Positions 34,121 through 44,599 of a stretch of 54,022 bases of DNA are shown here, in pieces; the first letter of the stretch is position 1; every line of letters starts with the position of its first letter. The stretch is taken from NCBI GenBank assembly GCA_036268155.1, contig DATAUQ010000042.1, positions 1 to 54,022 on the forward strand, in the 5' to 3' direction. A model generated the notes under the pieces. The model worked only from the letters and a program-made list of their open reading frames with translations, did no database searches and was not told the origin of the DNA. This stretch comes from Verrucomicrobiia bacterium. GTDB taxonomy: Bacteria > Verrucomicrobiota > Verrucomicrobiia > Limisphaerales > UBA11358. A program made the translations under genes and the position numbers.

Positions 34121-35296
34121 ATGCGCGAAAAATTCCGGGTCTGGGCTGAAACGCTCGAAACCTTCTTCCTCGAAGTGGTCATCTTCGAGGAACGCCATGA
34201 CTTTCGTGCGAAACTCACGCGCTCGATTTTGTTCGGCGGCTCGAAAGTTTTCCAGGTCGCCGTCAAAGTCCGCCGCTGGCTTTACAACATCCGCATCCTC
34301 CGCGACAAGACGCTCGGCGTCCAGGTCATTGCGATTGGAAATCTCACCGTCGGCGGCACAGGCAAAACTCCCGTCGTGGAAAAATTTGCGCGCGAACTCC
34401 GTGACGCCGGACGCAACGTCGCCATCCTTTCGCGCGGCTACCGTTCCAAGCCGGTGCCGATTCACATCTGGCTGGCGAATAAAATTCTTTTGCGCGGCGA
34501 CCAGACGCCACCGCGCGTCGTGTCCGACGGCAAATCGCTGTTGCTCGATTCGGATTCCGCCGGCGACGAGCCTTACATGCTCGCGTCAAACTTGCGCGAC
34601 GTCATCGTCCTCGTGGACAAAGACCGCGTGAAAAGCGGGCGTTACGCGATTGAAAAATTCGGCTGCGACACTTTGCTGCTTGATGACGGCTTTCAATACT
34701 GGCATTTGCGCGGACGCCGGCATGACGTCGTTTTGATTGACCGCCAGCAGCCTTTCGGCAACGAGCATCTGCTGCCGCGCGGCACCTTGCGCGAACCGCC
34801 GTCGCACCTCGCGCGCGCCCACACGATTTTCATCACCAAAAGCGACGGCAACACGGCGGAATTGCGCGAACGCATCGCCAAATTAAATCCCAGCGCGCCG
34901 ATCATCGAATGCATTCACCGTCCACTTTATTTTGAAGATGTTTTTACCGGCGACCGGAAAGGCCTTGAATTGCTCGCGGGCAAAAAAGTCGCGTCGTTGA
35001 GCGGCATCGCGCAGCCGGAAAGTTTCGAGCAAAGCCTTGTGAGGCTCGGCAGCGAACTCGTTTATTCCAAACGCTTCGCCGACCATCACCGTTTCACGCA
35101 GCAGGAAATTCTCAACGCCATCAACCGCGCCAAAAAACGCCAGGCCGAAATAATTGTCACCACGCAAAAGGACGCCGTGCGCTTTCCAAAAATTGACCGG
35201 CGCGACCTGCCGTTTTATTTCATGCGCGTGGAAATCCAGATCGTCAGCGGCGCGAACGATTTTCAGGATTGCGTCCGTAAAATCTGTTTCCGCTGA
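34121..35296 (+). CDS. lpxK: Tetraacyldisaccharide 4'-kinase
   Basis: It has the P-loop [12 protein letters not shown] followed by ILSRGY, and its length and layout match LpxK. Confidence 0.9.
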   Translation: MREKFRVWAETLETFFLEVVIFEERHDFRAKLTRSILFGGSKVFQVAVKVRRWLYNIRILRDKTLGVQVIAIGNLTVGGTGKTPVVEKFARELRDAGRNVAILSRGYRSKPVPIHIWLANKILLRGDQTPPRVVSDGKSLLLDSDSAGDEPYMLASNLRDVIVLVDKDRVKSGRYAIEKFGCDTLLLDDGFQYWHLRGRRHDVVLIDRQQPFGNEHLLPRGTLREPPSHLARAHTIFITKSDGNTAELRERIAKLNPSAPIIECIHRPLYFEDVFTGDRKGLELLAGKKVASLSGIAQPESFEQSLVRLGSELVYSKRFADHHRFTQQEILNAINRAKKRQAEIIVTTQKDAVRFPKIDRRDLPFYFMRVEIQIVSGANDFQDCVRKICFR

Positions 35297-35297
35297 A

Positions 35298-36224
35298 ATG
35301 GACGCGCTGATCTATCTTTTCGGGCGGTGCGTAGTCGCAATTTTGCAGGCGCTGCCACTGGTCTGGGTCGCGCGGCTGGGCCGCGCGCTGGGCGCGCTGG
35401 CATATCGGCTCGACGGACGGCGACGGCGCATTGCGCTGGATAATTTGACCATGTGCTTCGGCGGCGAAAAATCAGCGGAAGAAATCCACGCCACCGCGAA
35501 GGAAAATTTCCGGCGCATCGGTGAAAATTTTGCCAGTGCCGTGAAAACCGCCGCAATGACTCCATGGCAGATGCTTCCGCATTTTGATCTCACGCTCGCC
35601 GGAAACATTCTGCCGCATGAGGCCGACGCCGGCCCGCAAAGCCGCATCGTCGCCATCGGACATTTTGGCAACTTCGAGCTTTATGCGCGGTTCGGCCAGT
35701 TCGTGCCCATCTTCAAATGCGCCGCGACGTATCGCGCGTTGAAACAGCACGCGCTCAACCGCATCATGGTTTCCCTGCGCAAAAACGACAGTTGCCGTTT
35801 TTTTGAACGGCGCACCGAAGCCGCCGCGCTCAAGGCGGCGATGAGCGACACCGGCCTGTTGCTCGGCCTGCTGGCGGACCAGCACGCGGGCAGCAACGGA
35901 TTGCGGCTGCCGTTCCTCGGCCACGAATGTTCCACTTCCGCCGCGCCGGCAATTTTTGCGCTGCGCTACAATTGTCCCTTGCACACCGCCATTTGCTATC
36001 GCATCGGCTTGGCAAAATGGCGGATTGATGTCGGCGATGAAATTCCCACGCGCGAAAACGGCGTCGCCCGGCCGGTCGAAGCAATTATGCGCGATGTGAA
36101 CCGCGCCTTTGAAATCGCCGTGCGCCACGATCCGGCAAACTGGTTCTGGGTTCATAATCGTTGGAAAATGCAGAAGTCAGAATCCAGAATCCAGAATCCA
36201 GAAATTGAAAGCGCGAAAACATGA
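35298..36224 (+). CDS. Lipid A biosynthesis (Kdo2-lipid IVA) acyltransferase, LpxL/HtrB family
   Basis: From the ATG at 35298 it reads ...NLTMCFGGEKS...IVAIGHFGNFEL (HX4-type acyltransferase motif) ...LLADQ... . The listed 35154 start overlaps lpxK in another frame. Confidence 0.75.
   Translation: MDALIYLFGRCVVAILQALPLVWVARLGRALGALAYRLDGRRRRIALDNLTMCFGGEKSAEEIHATAKENFRRIGENFASAVKTAAMTPWQMLPHFDLTLAGNILPHEADAGPQSRIVAIGHFGNFELYARFGQFVPIFKCAATYRALKQHALNRIMVSLRKNDSCRFFERRTEAAALKAAMSDTGLLLGLLADQHAGSNGLRLPFLGHECSTSAAPAIFALRYNCPLHTAICYRIGLAKWRIDVGDEIPTRENGVARPVEAIMRDVNRAFEIAVRHDPANWFWVHNRWKMQKSESRIQNPEIESAKT
36179..36199 (+). repeat. Tandem heptamer (AGAATCC)x3 in the last codons of the lpxL-like gene
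   Basis: Three exact tandem 7-mers plus a partial fourth encode ...SESRIQNPEIES..., 22 nt before the waaF ATG. Confidence 0.8.
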
Positions 36225-37381
36225 GTTCCTTGACTCTCGATTTCCAATTTCCGCCTGCCCCGCGAATTCTGGTTCGCGGAACCAACTGGCTCGGCGACGC
36301 CGTGATGACCACGCCCGCGCTGTTGCGTCTGCGCGAAAAATTTCCTGGAGCGCACATCACGATTCTCACGCCGGAAAAATTAAAGGACTTGTGGAAAAAT
36401 CATCCGGCGATTGACGAAATAATTTCTTTTGCATCGGGCAAAAACCTTTTTTTCATCGCCAAAAAATTGCGTAAATCGGCTCGCGGGGACGCTCGCCCCA
36501 CCAAATTTGATTTGGCGCTCGTGCTGCCGAATTCGCCGCGCTCGGCGATTGAAGTTTTTTTAGCGGGGATTCCACAACGTATCGGTCATGCGCGCCCGTG
36601 GCGGAATTTTTTCCTCACTCAAATCGTCGCGCCGCGCGCGGATGCCGTGAAAATGCGGAAACGCTCAATCGCTGAAATCCGCGCACTTGTAGCCGCCGAT
36701 GTGAATCGGCGGACGGACCGCGCTTTCACAAGCGCGGCTACGAGTGCGCATCAAATCCATGAGTATTTGCATCTGGCCGCCGCGCTTGGGGCGAATCCTG
36801 AACCGCTGCCGCCAAAATTATTTGTCACGCCGGAAGAAATTGAAGCCGTGAATAAAAAATTTGGCTTGGACAAAATTTCAGATCTGATTTTCGGTTTGAA
36901 TCCCGGCGCGGAATACGGCCCGGCCAAACGCTGGCCGGTTGAAAAATTTATTTCCGCCGCGAAGGAAATTCAGCGGCAGACAAACTGCGCCTGGATTTTG
37001 TTCGGCGGCAAAAATGATTTGCCAATCACAAATCAAATCGAATCCGCAATCTGCAATCCGCAATCCGCAGTTTTTAATCTCGCTGGCAAAACTTCTTTGC
37101 GCGAGTTGATGGCGCTCTTAAAACATTGTCGCGTGCTTCTGACGAACGACACCGGCCCGATGCACGTGGCTGCGGCGCTCGGCGTTCGGGTCGTCGCGAT
37201 TTTCGGCAGCACGTCGCCGGAATTGACCGGCCCGATTTTTTCCAGCAACGCAACCATTTTGAAATCCGACGCGCCATGTTCGCCGTGCTTTTTGCGCGAA
37301 TGCCCGATTGATTTTCGCTGTATGAACGGCATCGGCGTTGAAAAAGTTGTTGAAGCAGCCGTTAAATTGTTAAATGGTTGA
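36221..37381 (+). CDS. waaF: LPS heptosyltransferase (GT9, WaaF/RfaF-like)
   Basis: ILVRGTNWLGDAVMTTPAL...NLAGKTSLRELMALLKHCRVLLTNDTGPMHVAAALGVRVVAIFGSTSP is the GT9 signature. The ATG overlaps the upstream stop (ATGA). Confidence 0.85.
   Translation: MSSLTLDFQFPPAPRILVRGTNWLGDAVMTTPALLRLREKFPGAHITILTPEKLKDLWKNHPAIDEIISFASGKNLFFIAKKLRKSARGDARPTKFDLALVLPNSPRSAIEVFLAGIPQRIGHARPWRNFFLTQIVAPRADAVKMRKRSIAEIRALVAADVNRRTDRAFTSAATSAHQIHEYLHLAAALGANPEPLPPKLFVTPEEIEAVNKKFGLDKISDLIFGLNPGAEYGPAKRWPVEKFISAAKEIQRQTNCAWILFGGKNDLPITNQIESAICNPQSAVFNLAGKTSLRELMALLKHCRVLLTNDTGPMHVAAALGVRVVAIFGSTSPELTGPIFSSNATILKSDAPCSPCFLRECPIDFRCMNGIGVEKVVEAAVKLLNG
37041..37068 (+). repeat. Tandem heptamer (AATCCGC/AATCTGC)x4 inside waaF
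   Basis: AATCCGC AATCTGC AATCCGC AATCCGC encodes ...ESAICNPQSAV... immediately before the conserved NLAGKTSL motif. Confidence 0.8.
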
Positions 37382-37437
37382 ATCGTCGAATCGTTGAATT
37401 GGCAGCTACGATTTAACGATTCCACAATTCAACGAAT
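37376..37437. repeat. REP-like 'TCGTTGAATTG' hairpin after waaF
   Basis: TCGTTGAATTG (37391-37401) pairs perfectly with CAATTCAACGA (37425-37435). It belongs to the same unit family as 25001-25070 and 48309-48330. Confidence 0.65.
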
Positions 37438-37477
37438 TACGCTTTTGGTCTTTGCGACTTTGTGGTAAATCCGTTTT

Positions 37478-38392
37478 GTGGAAACCGTCATCAAACTCAC
37501 GAACGAACTCGTCGCGTCTTATGCGCGGCTGGGCGGCATCAATCATCTGGACGGCAAAAATCTGCCGTCCAAGCGCGCCGTCACGGACATCACCTGCGAT
37601 CTGCTGCGGCTGCTGTTCCCCGGATTTTTCGATGAAAAATTGGTTCACTCGTCGGAAGTGAAAACGGAAACGGCGGCATTGCTGGATTCCGTCCTTGGAA
37701 AACTGGAGGACGAAATCCGCAAGAGCCTTTCATATCAAACGCCAAAAGATTTGCCGAAAAATGAAATCCCGAAAGCGGCTCACGATTTGACCGTGGAATT
37801 TCTCGGCAAACTGCCGGACATCCGCGAGATTTTGAAAACGGACGTAACCGCCGCGTTCGACGGCGATCCCGCCGCGTCGAGCCGCGAGGAAATTTTGGTT
37901 TCGTATCCGTTCGTCGAGGCGATTGCCGTTCAACGGCTGGCGCATGAATTGTATTTGAAAAATGTCGCGCTGATTCCGCGCATCATGACGGAATGGGCGC
38001 ATTGGCGTTCGGGCATGGAGATTCATCCGGGCGCGAAAATCGGCACGCATTTTTTTGTGGATCATTGCACCGGCACGGTCGTCGGCGAGACGGCCGTCAT
38101 CGGCAACCATGTGAAGATGTATCACGGCGTGACGCTCGGCGCGAAGTCCACGGCGGGCGGACAGGCGTTGCGCGGCAAGAAACGGCATCCGACCATCGAG
38201 GACAACGTGACGATTTATCCGGGCGCGACGATTCTCGGCGGCGAGACGGTCATCGGCGCGGGCAGCACGATTGGCGGCAATGTGTTCATAATGGACAGCG
38301 TCAAGCCGAACTCGCTGGTCATTTACGACGGCCTCGATATGCGCGTGCTGAACAAGTCGGACAAGAAAACCATCTTGGATTTTCAGATTTAA
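37478..38392 (+). CDS. cysE: Serine O-acetyltransferase (hexapeptide-repeat family, long form)
   Basis: DGDPAASSREEILVSYP...AIAVQRLAHEL...IHPGAKIGTHFFVDHCTGTVVGETAVIG...GVTLG...KRHPTIEDNV matches the CysE core. The gene has a GTG start. Confidence 0.8.
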   Translation: METVIKLTNELVASYARLGGINHLDGKNLPSKRAVTDITCDLLRLLFPGFFDEKLVHSSEVKTETAALLDSVLGKLEDEIRKSLSYQTPKDLPKNEIPKAAHDLTVEFLGKLPDIREILKTDVTAAFDGDPAASSREEILVSYPFVEAIAVQRLAHELYLKNVALIPRIMTEWAHWRSGMEIHPGAKIGTHFFVDHCTGTVVGETAVIGNHVKMYHGVTLGAKSTAGGQALRGKKRHPTIEDNVTIYPGATILGGETVIGAGSTIGGNVFIMDSVKPNSLVIYDGLDMRVLNKSDKKTILDFQI

Positions 38393-38401
38393 TTTCAACC
38401 C

Positions 38402-40288
38402 ATGTCATTCGTCCGGCTGTGGCTCTGGATTTCCGCGTTCGCAAGTGCGGCGGGCTGGATGCTCTCGGCGTTTGGACAATTGAACCGCACCGGCTACGGA
38501 ATTTTCTTCGCAGCGTTTGCGATTTTTATTTTTGGCGGACGCAAGGAATTGGGTCTGGTTCCAGCCAGAAAATTATTTTACCTTAAAAAATTCCTGCGCC
38601 GGTTCCGCCGTCCGCTGCCGCTGTGTTTCTCGGCGCTGGCGGTCTTGATTTTTCTGGGCGGCGCGCTTTATCCGCCGAGCAATTACACCGGGCTGAATTA
38701 TCGCGAGGCGCGCGTGCTGCAATGGCTGGCGCACGGCCACTGGTTCTGGGTCCACACGGCCAATTACCGGATGAACGACCGCGCCTGCGGCATCGAATGG
38801 CTGACCGCGCCGCTGCTGCTCTTCACGAAATCCGACCGCGCGCTGTTTCTTGTCAACTTCATCCCGTTCCTGCTGCTGCCCGGACTGGTCTTCAACGTCT
38901 TCACGCGGCTGGGCGTCCGCGCGCGCGTGGCGTGGCAATGGATGTGGTTGCTGCCGACTGGCTACGATTTTTTACTGCAAGCGGGCAGCATCGCCAACGA
39001 CACGTTTCCCACGGTCTATGCGCTGGCGGCGATTGATTTTGCCGCGCGGGCGTGGAGTTCGCGGCGGACGGCGGACTTGTGGCATTCGATTTTGGCCGCC
39101 GCGCTGTTGACGGGAGCGAAGGCCAGCAACCTGCCGCTGCTGCTGCCGTGGGCGATTTTGATTTTTCCAATGCTTCCGTTGCTGCGAAAAAAACTTACCG
39201 CCACCGCGCTCGTCATTTTGCTGGCAGCGTTAATTTCGTTTCTGCCCACGGCCATTTTGAACATTCATTACTTGGGCGACTGGTCGGGCTTGTCCATCGA
39301 ACATGAGGGCATGAACATGAAAAATCCTGCGGGCGGCGTTTGGGGCAATGCGCTGCTGATTGGATTCAATAATTTTATTCCGCCGCTCTGCCCGTTCGCC
39401 GGCTGGTGGAATCAAAACGCACTGACAATTTTGCCGCACTTCATCGTCGCGCCCATGCAGGCAAACTTTGAAAACGGTTTTCACATAATCGGCGAACTCC
39501 CGATTGAAGACTCTGCGGGCGTCGGATTGGGCTTAAGCGCGCTGCTGCTGGTCTCTTTCGTCGCCGCGCGTTTTGTGAAAAACCGCGCGATCGAAAATGA
39601 AATTCCAGTTCACATGTTGATTCCGCGTGAATTTTCCCGGTTAGTGCTGGCCGCGCCGTGGATTGCGCTGCTCGCCTACGGCATGAAATCCGGCATGGTC
39701 ACGCCGCAACGGCTCATCGCGCCTTATTATTTTTTGCTGGTCCCCCTGTTGCTGGTCGGCAGCGGCCAGTCGCAAATCATCCGCCGCTGCTGGTGGCGCG
39801 CGCTGGCCGGCGGAGTTTTGATTCTGGCGCTTGTCGTTTTGATCCTGTCACCCGATCGTCCGTTGTGGCCGGCCAAAACTCTTTTGTCCAAGTTTCATTT
39901 GCAACATCCCGACAACCATTTGATCAACCGCGCGCTGAAAGTTTATACGGTTTATTCGCAACGCTGGGATTCGCTCGCCGGCGTCCGCGCGTTGCTGCCG
40001 CCGGGAATCAAAATTGTTGGCTTTCTCGGCAGCGAGGATGATTGCGACATCTCGTTATGGCGTCCGTTCGGCGAACGGCGCGTAGAACATTTTGTATTGA
40101 CGGATTCACCGGAAGAAATCAGGGATCGTGCCGAATATGTCGTCGTGAGCGGATCTTATCTGGCAGAACGGGGCATTTCTTTCGATGACTGGCTGCAAAA
40201 ATCCGGGGCGGAATTTATTGCCTCGACCAACGCCATGCTGAAAATCACCAGTGGGACGCAGTCGTGGCAGATTGTGCGCTTCAAGTAA
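38402..40288 (+). CDS. Polytopic membrane protein, candidate GT-C-type (ArnT/PMT-like) glycosyltransferase
   Basis: It has about 12 predicted hydrophobic helices followed by a ~150-aa soluble C-terminal domain, and sits next to LPS core genes. The family assignment is a guess. Confidence 0.35.
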   Translation: MSFVRLWLWISAFASAAGWMLSAFGQLNRTGYGIFFAAFAIFIFGGRKELGLVPARKLFYLKKFLRRFRRPLPLCFSALAVLIFLGGALYPPSNYTGLNYREARVLQWLAHGHWFWVHTANYRMNDRACGIEWLTAPLLLFTKSDRALFLVNFIPFLLLPGLVFNVFTRLGVRARVAWQWMWLLPTGYDFLLQAGSIANDTFPTVYALAAIDFAARAWSSRRTADLWHSILAAALLTGAKASNLPLLLPWAILIFPMLPLLRKKLTATALVILLAALISFLPTAILNIHYLGDWSGLSIEHEGMNMKNPAGGVWGNALLIGFNNFIPPLCPFAGWWNQNALTILPHFIVAPMQANFENGFHIIGELPIEDSAGVGLGLSALLLVSFVAARFVKNRAIENEIPVHMLIPREFSRLVLAAPWIALLAYGMKSGMVTPQRLIAPYYFLLVPLLLVGSGQSQIIRRCWWRALAGGVLILALVVLILSPDRPLWPAKTLLSKFHLQHPDNHLINRALKVYTVYSQRWDSLAGVRALLPPGIKIVGFLGSEDDCDISLWRPFGERRVEHFVLTDSPEEIRDRAEYVVVSGSYLAERGISFDDWLQKSGAEFIASTNAMLKITSGTQSWQIVRFK

Positions 40289-40310
40289 TTGGCGCTTTCC
40301 GTCAATCTTG

Positions 40311-41585
40311 TCATGGCACGGCGATGGAATAAATCTGGCCGTCCTGCGTGAGGACGTAAAGTTCGCCGTCCAAATCCTCGGCGAAACTGAAGATGTTTTT
40401 CTTTTGGTTCAGCAGCGTGCCGTGCGCGGTGACTTTGTGCGCATCACGGTCATAGCGCAGCCCCCAAATCGTGCCGAGATTGTAATCGCCATAAACATAA
40501 ACGCCTTCGAGCGCGGGAAATTTTTTGCCGCGATAAACGTAGCCGCCAATCACGCACAGGCCGATGCTGTGGTCGGGAAACAACGCCTCCGGTTGAAGAT
40601 TTGGCTTGTGCGGATATTCCATGACGGGTTCGATGTATTGCGCGCCGGGCGGGCCGGGTTTGAAATGATGCGCGCCTTCGCGGACACTCCAGCCGTAATT
40701 GCCGCCGTTCGTGATCACATCCACTTCCTCCCACAAATCCTGCCCGACATCGCCGACCCACAAGTCGCCGGTTTTTTTGTCCCAACTGTAACGCCACGGG
40801 TTGCGCAGGCCGTAGGCGAAAATCTCCTTGCGCGCACCGCTGTTGATGTCCGGTTCATGCACGAACGGATTGTCGGACGGAATGCCATAGTTTAATTCAT
40901 GCGCGCGCTTGCCGCTGCCGATTGTCGTCCGTGAATTCACGTCGATGCGCAGCATTTTGGCGAGCAAAGTGGAAGTGCTCTGGCCGCTGCCGAATGGATC
41001 ACCGCCATTTCCACCATCTCCAAGACCGAGATAAAGGTATCCGTCAGGGCCAAACGCAAGTTCGCCACCCTTATGGTTTGAAAAGGGCTGCGGCACTTCA
41101 AAAAGAATCCGCTCGGAACTCATGTCGGCCTTGTCCGGGTCGGTGGTGGAGACTTTGAATTCGCTGATGACGCTGCGGAAGGGATAATTTTGCGGCTGTG
41201 AATGCTGGTCGGCGGGATTTTTCTGGTTGTAGTAAATGTAAAACAGGCCGTTGGTCTTGAAGCCGGGATGGAATGCGATGCTCATGAGGCCGTCTTCGTT
41301 GTCGAAATACGGATGACGATCCTCGATGTTCAGAAATTCCTTCGCGTCGCCACCGTCTGAGCCTTTTTTCACGATGAGAATTTTCCCGGCCTGCGCGACG
41401 AAAAATAAACGGCCTGAACCGTCCGGCGCTTCACTCATCCAAACCGGGCGGTCAATTTGCAGATTTGGAAAAACCTGTTTGAGCGCGATTTGAGGCAACG
41501 GCGGCAACGGCTGCGCTGCGCTGGCGGTGAAAACGGCGGTGAGAATGCAGCAGGCGACGGCGGGCAGAAATTTTATTTTATTCAT
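40311..41585 (-). CDS. PQQ-dependent soluble sugar (glucose/sorbosone) dehydrogenase, YliI-like beta-propeller
   Basis: It has a signal peptide from the ATG at 41585, plus HKGGELAFGPDGYLYLGLGDGG and NYGWSVREG motifs. Confidence 0.85.
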   Translation of the reverse strand: MNKIKFLPAVACCILTAVFTASAAQPLPPLPQIALKQVFPNLQIDRPVWMSEAPDGSGRLFFVAQAGKILIVKKGSDGGDAKEFLNIEDRHPYFDNEDGLMSIAFHPGFKTNGLFYIYYNQKNPADQHSQPQNYPFRSVISEFKVSTTDPDKADMSSERILFEVPQPFSNHKGGELAFGPDGYLYLGLGDGGNGGDPFGSGQSTSTLLAKMLRIDVNSRTTIGSGKRAHELNYGIPSDNPFVHEPDINSGARKEIFAYGLRNPWRYSWDKKTGDLWVGDVGQDLWEEVDVITNGGNYGWSVREGAHHFKPGPPGAQYIEPVMEYPHKPNLQPEALFPDHSIGLCVIGGYVYRGKKFPALEGVYVYGDYNLGTIWGLRYDRDAHKVTAHGTLLNQKKNIFSFAEDLDGELYVLTQDGQIYSIAVP

Positions 41586-41703
41586 TTGTGTGAAATCAAA
41601 AACCATCAGACGGCGGATGTAAAGTGCTGGTTACGCGTTCCGCGCGAATTTTCAACGACGCCATCTTGAAAATGAAATCGCGCGCGGCGCGGTTTGTGTT
41701 ATT

Positions 41704-43008
41704 GTGCGGGCGCATCAATTGAAATCGCTCGTCAATCTCACTCGCAAACGCTCCGAACGCGTTTTTCTCGTCGGCGTCGAACTCAAATCGCGCGCCGACG
41801 TGGACACACACGAGTCGCTCGCCGAACTTGGCGAACTTGCGGCCACTGCCGGCGGCGAAGTGATCGAGCAAGGCACGCAAAAAATGGTTTCACTCAACGC
41901 CGCCACGTTCATCGGCAAGGGCAAGGCCGGCGAATGGGGTGATTTCTGCCGGCGCAGCGAAGTGGACACCGTGATTTTCGACGATGAACTTTCGCCCGCG
42001 CAAAGCCGCAACCTTGAAAAAATTTTCGAGTGCAAAATTCTGGATCGCACGTCACTGATTCTCGACATTTTCGCGCAACGCGCCCGCACACGCGAAGGCA
42101 AGATGCAAATTGAACTCGCGCAGTTGCAGCATCTGCTCCCGCGCCTGACAAAATATTGGGGCCATTTGTCGCGGCAAAAAGGAGGCATCGGGATGCGCGG
42201 CGACGGTGAAACACAATTGGAAACCGACCGACGACGCGTATTGGACCGCATCTCTAAAATTTCCCGCGAACTTCAAGGCGTCCGCCAGCAGCGCGAAACC
42301 CAGCGCGTCGGACGCCAGCGCAGCGAGTGGCCGCTGGCTTCGATTGTCGGTTACACGAACGCGGGCAAATCCACCTTGCTTAACCAGCTCACCGACGCAA
42401 AAGTTTTGGTCGAGGACAAACTGTTCGCCACGCTCGACCCGACGACGCGGCGCTTGAAATTGCCGACAAACCAGAATGTTTTGCTCACGGACACCGTCGG
42501 TTTCATCAAAAAATTGCCGCACGGACTCGTCGAGGCGTTCAAGGCGACTTTGGAAGAAGTCGTTCAAGCCGACTTGCTGCTGCACGTCGTGGACATCAGC
42601 CATCCGCAGGCCGAGGAACAGATCGAGGCGGTCAATTCTGTGCTCGCCGAAATCGGCGCAGGCGAAAAACCGACGCTCATGGTTTTCAATAAAACTGACA
42701 AATTGAAATTGAACGGCAACGGCGCGCTGAATCGTTGGCTGGAAAAATTTCCGCACGCGGTTGGAATTTCCGCCGCGACCGGCGAAGGCGTTTCAAATCT
42801 GCTTGCCGAATTGGGAACGCAATTGCGCCCGACACGGGAATTTCTGGAATTGAAAATTCCGCATGAGCAATCCGCTGTCATCGCGCGCCTGCACAAAGTC
42901 GGCCAAGTTGTTGAACGGCGTTACAACGGCAAAGCCGCGAAATTCAAGGTCCGCATCCCGCCGCATCACCACGCGGAATTTGCGCCTTACGTCGTAAACC
43001 AGCCATAG
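41704..43008 (+). CDS. hflX: GTPase HflX
   Basis: It has an HflX N-terminal domain (VIFDDELSPAQSRNLE...DRTSLILDIFAQRA, LAQLQHLLPRL). The G-domain motifs are GYTNAGKST (G1), DTVGF (G3) and NKTD (G4). Confidence 0.9.
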   Translation: MRAHQLKSLVNLTRKRSERVFLVGVELKSRADVDTHESLAELGELAATAGGEVIEQGTQKMVSLNAATFIGKGKAGEWGDFCRRSEVDTVIFDDELSPAQSRNLEKIFECKILDRTSLILDIFAQRARTREGKMQIELAQLQHLLPRLTKYWGHLSRQKGGIGMRGDGETQLETDRRRVLDRISKISRELQGVRQQRETQRVGRQRSEWPLASIVGYTNAGKSTLLNQLTDAKVLVEDKLFATLDPTTRRLKLPTNQNVLLTDTVGFIKKLPHGLVEAFKATLEEVVQADLLLHVVDISHPQAEEQIEAVNSVLAEIGAGEKPTLMVFNKTDKLKLNGNGALNRWLEKFPHAVGISAATGEGVSNLLAELGTQLRPTREFLELKIPHEQSAVIARLHKVGQVVERRYNGKAAKFKVRIPPHHHAEFAPYVVNQP

Positions 43009-43161
43009 CGGTTTTCGGCAGAAAGCCGGACAATCCATTTTCCAGAAAAAATGCGGCACTCTGCCGAGATGCCATTACCATCAAACCGAAAATTCAATCT
43101 CCGGCTTGCATCGCGGCGGCAATCGGCGTTTAATCTTTTTTAGTAACTCAACGAGAAATTT

Positions 43162-44469
43162 ATGTCAGTCACCGGACGGCAAACTCACAACACCAGCAAA
43201 GTCCTCTGCGTCATCATGGGCGGCGGCCAGGGCACGCGCCTGTTTCCGCTCACCAAAGACCGCGCCAAGCCCGCCGTGCCGCTCGCCGGAAAATACCGCC
43301 TCGTGGACATCCCGATTTCAAATTGCATCAACTCCGGCTACCGGCGCATTTATATTTTGACGCAGTTCAATTCCACCTCGCTGCACGGACATATTTCGCG
43401 GACGTATAAATTCGACCAGTTCACGAGCGGCTTCGTGGAGATTCTCGCGGCACAACAGACGCTCACCAACACCTCGTGGTATGAAGGCACGGCGGACGCG
43501 GTGCGGAAAAATCTCGTTCACTTCCTGAACCACGATTTTGATTACCTCGTCATCTTGAGCGGCGACCAGTTGTATCGCATGGATTTTCGTCCCGTCATCG
43601 CGCAACACATCGAGACCGGCGCGGGCATCACCGTCGCAACGATTCCCGTCGGGCGCACGGAGGCAAAGGCGTGCGGCATCATGCAGACGGACGAAGGCCA
43701 TCGCATCACGCGCTTTGTGGAAAAACCGAAGGAGGACGCCCTGCTCGATTCGCTCAAGCTCACGCCGGAATTGAAAACCAAGCTTGAGGTCGAGGCCAAG
43801 GGCGATTCCTTTCTCGCCTCGATGGGCATTTACGTCTTCAACCGCGACCTCATTCGCGAACTGCTCGACAATCCGCTCTCCGATTTCGGCAAGCACATCA
43901 TCCCAAACGCCATCACCAACCACGCCGTCTATTCCTACGTCTATCAAGGCTACTGGGAAGACATCGGCACAATCCGCTCGTTTTTTGAAGCGAACCTTGA
44001 TCTTGTCACCGAACTCCCGCGCTTCAATTTCTTCGACATGAGCGCACCGATTTTTTCGCGCCCGCGCTACCTGCCCGGCTCCAAGATCAACGGCGCGCAG
44101 ATTGATCACGCGCTCGTCACCGACGGCTGCATCATCAACGGCGCGAAAATTTCCAACAGCATCATCGGGCTGCGGACGTTTGTCGGCGGCGGGACGGAAT
44201 TGAACCGCGTCATCAGCCTCGGCAGCGACTATTACGAATCGGAAGAATCCGTCCTGAAAAATGAAAGCGAAGGCAAACCGCGCGTCGGCATCGGCGCGAA
44301 CTGCAAGATCGAGAACGCCATCATTGATAAAAACGCGCGCATCGGGAACAACGTGACGATTTCGCCCGCCGGCAAGCCCGACAAGGTTGACCACGAATTT
44401 TATTTCATCCGCGACGGCATCGTCGTCATTCCGAAAAATGCTGTGATTCCGCATGGCACGGTGATTTGA
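43162..44469 (+). CDS. glgC: Glucose-1-phosphate adenylyltransferase
   Basis: GGGQGTRLFPLTKDRAKPAVPLAGKYRLVDIPISNCINSG and a left-handed beta-helix C-terminal domain are present. Confidence 0.92.
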   Translation: MSVTGRQTHNTSKVLCVIMGGGQGTRLFPLTKDRAKPAVPLAGKYRLVDIPISNCINSGYRRIYILTQFNSTSLHGHISRTYKFDQFTSGFVEILAAQQTLTNTSWYEGTADAVRKNLVHFLNHDFDYLVILSGDQLYRMDFRPVIAQHIETGAGITVATIPVGRTEAKACGIMQTDEGHRITRFVEKPKEDALLDSLKLTPELKTKLEVEAKGDSFLASMGIYVFNRDLIRELLDNPLSDFGKHIIPNAITNHAVYSYVYQGYWEDIGTIRSFFEANLDLVTELPRFNFFDMSAPIFSRPRYLPGSKINGAQIDHALVTDGCIINGAKISNSIIGLRTFVGGGTELNRVISLGSDYYESEESVLKNESEGKPRVGIGANCKIENAIIDKNARIGNNVTISPAGKPDKVDHEFYFIRDGIVVIPKNAVIPHGTVI

Positions 44470-44599
44470 AAATGGTGCGATGATGCGCCGCCTTTGCTAA
44501 AATGAATTTTGAACAAAATTGACAAACAAAATGATGAGACAAAACAAAATTAATAATGAAAAGCGATCAAACGTTGAAAAAGGATAGGCTGCTTCGCAT

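Noticed and set aside
35154-35297. The upstream start of the acyltransferase ORF, overlapping lpxK by 143 nt. The analogous long starts at 46320 (lptC-like), 19519-21009 (the extra 16 codons of the response regulator) and 40311-41606 were also considered.
   Set aside because: Internal ATGs placed right at or just after the upstream gene's stop give N-termini that fit the protein families (signal peptides, REC domain start). The extensions are Arg-rich or overlap neighbouring genes.
36179-37068. Short tandem repeats considered as a CRISPR array or minisatellite
   Set aside because: The units are 7 nt with no spacers, present in only 3-4 copies, and located inside coding sequence. This is not CRISPR architecture. 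They are reported instead as heptamer tracts.
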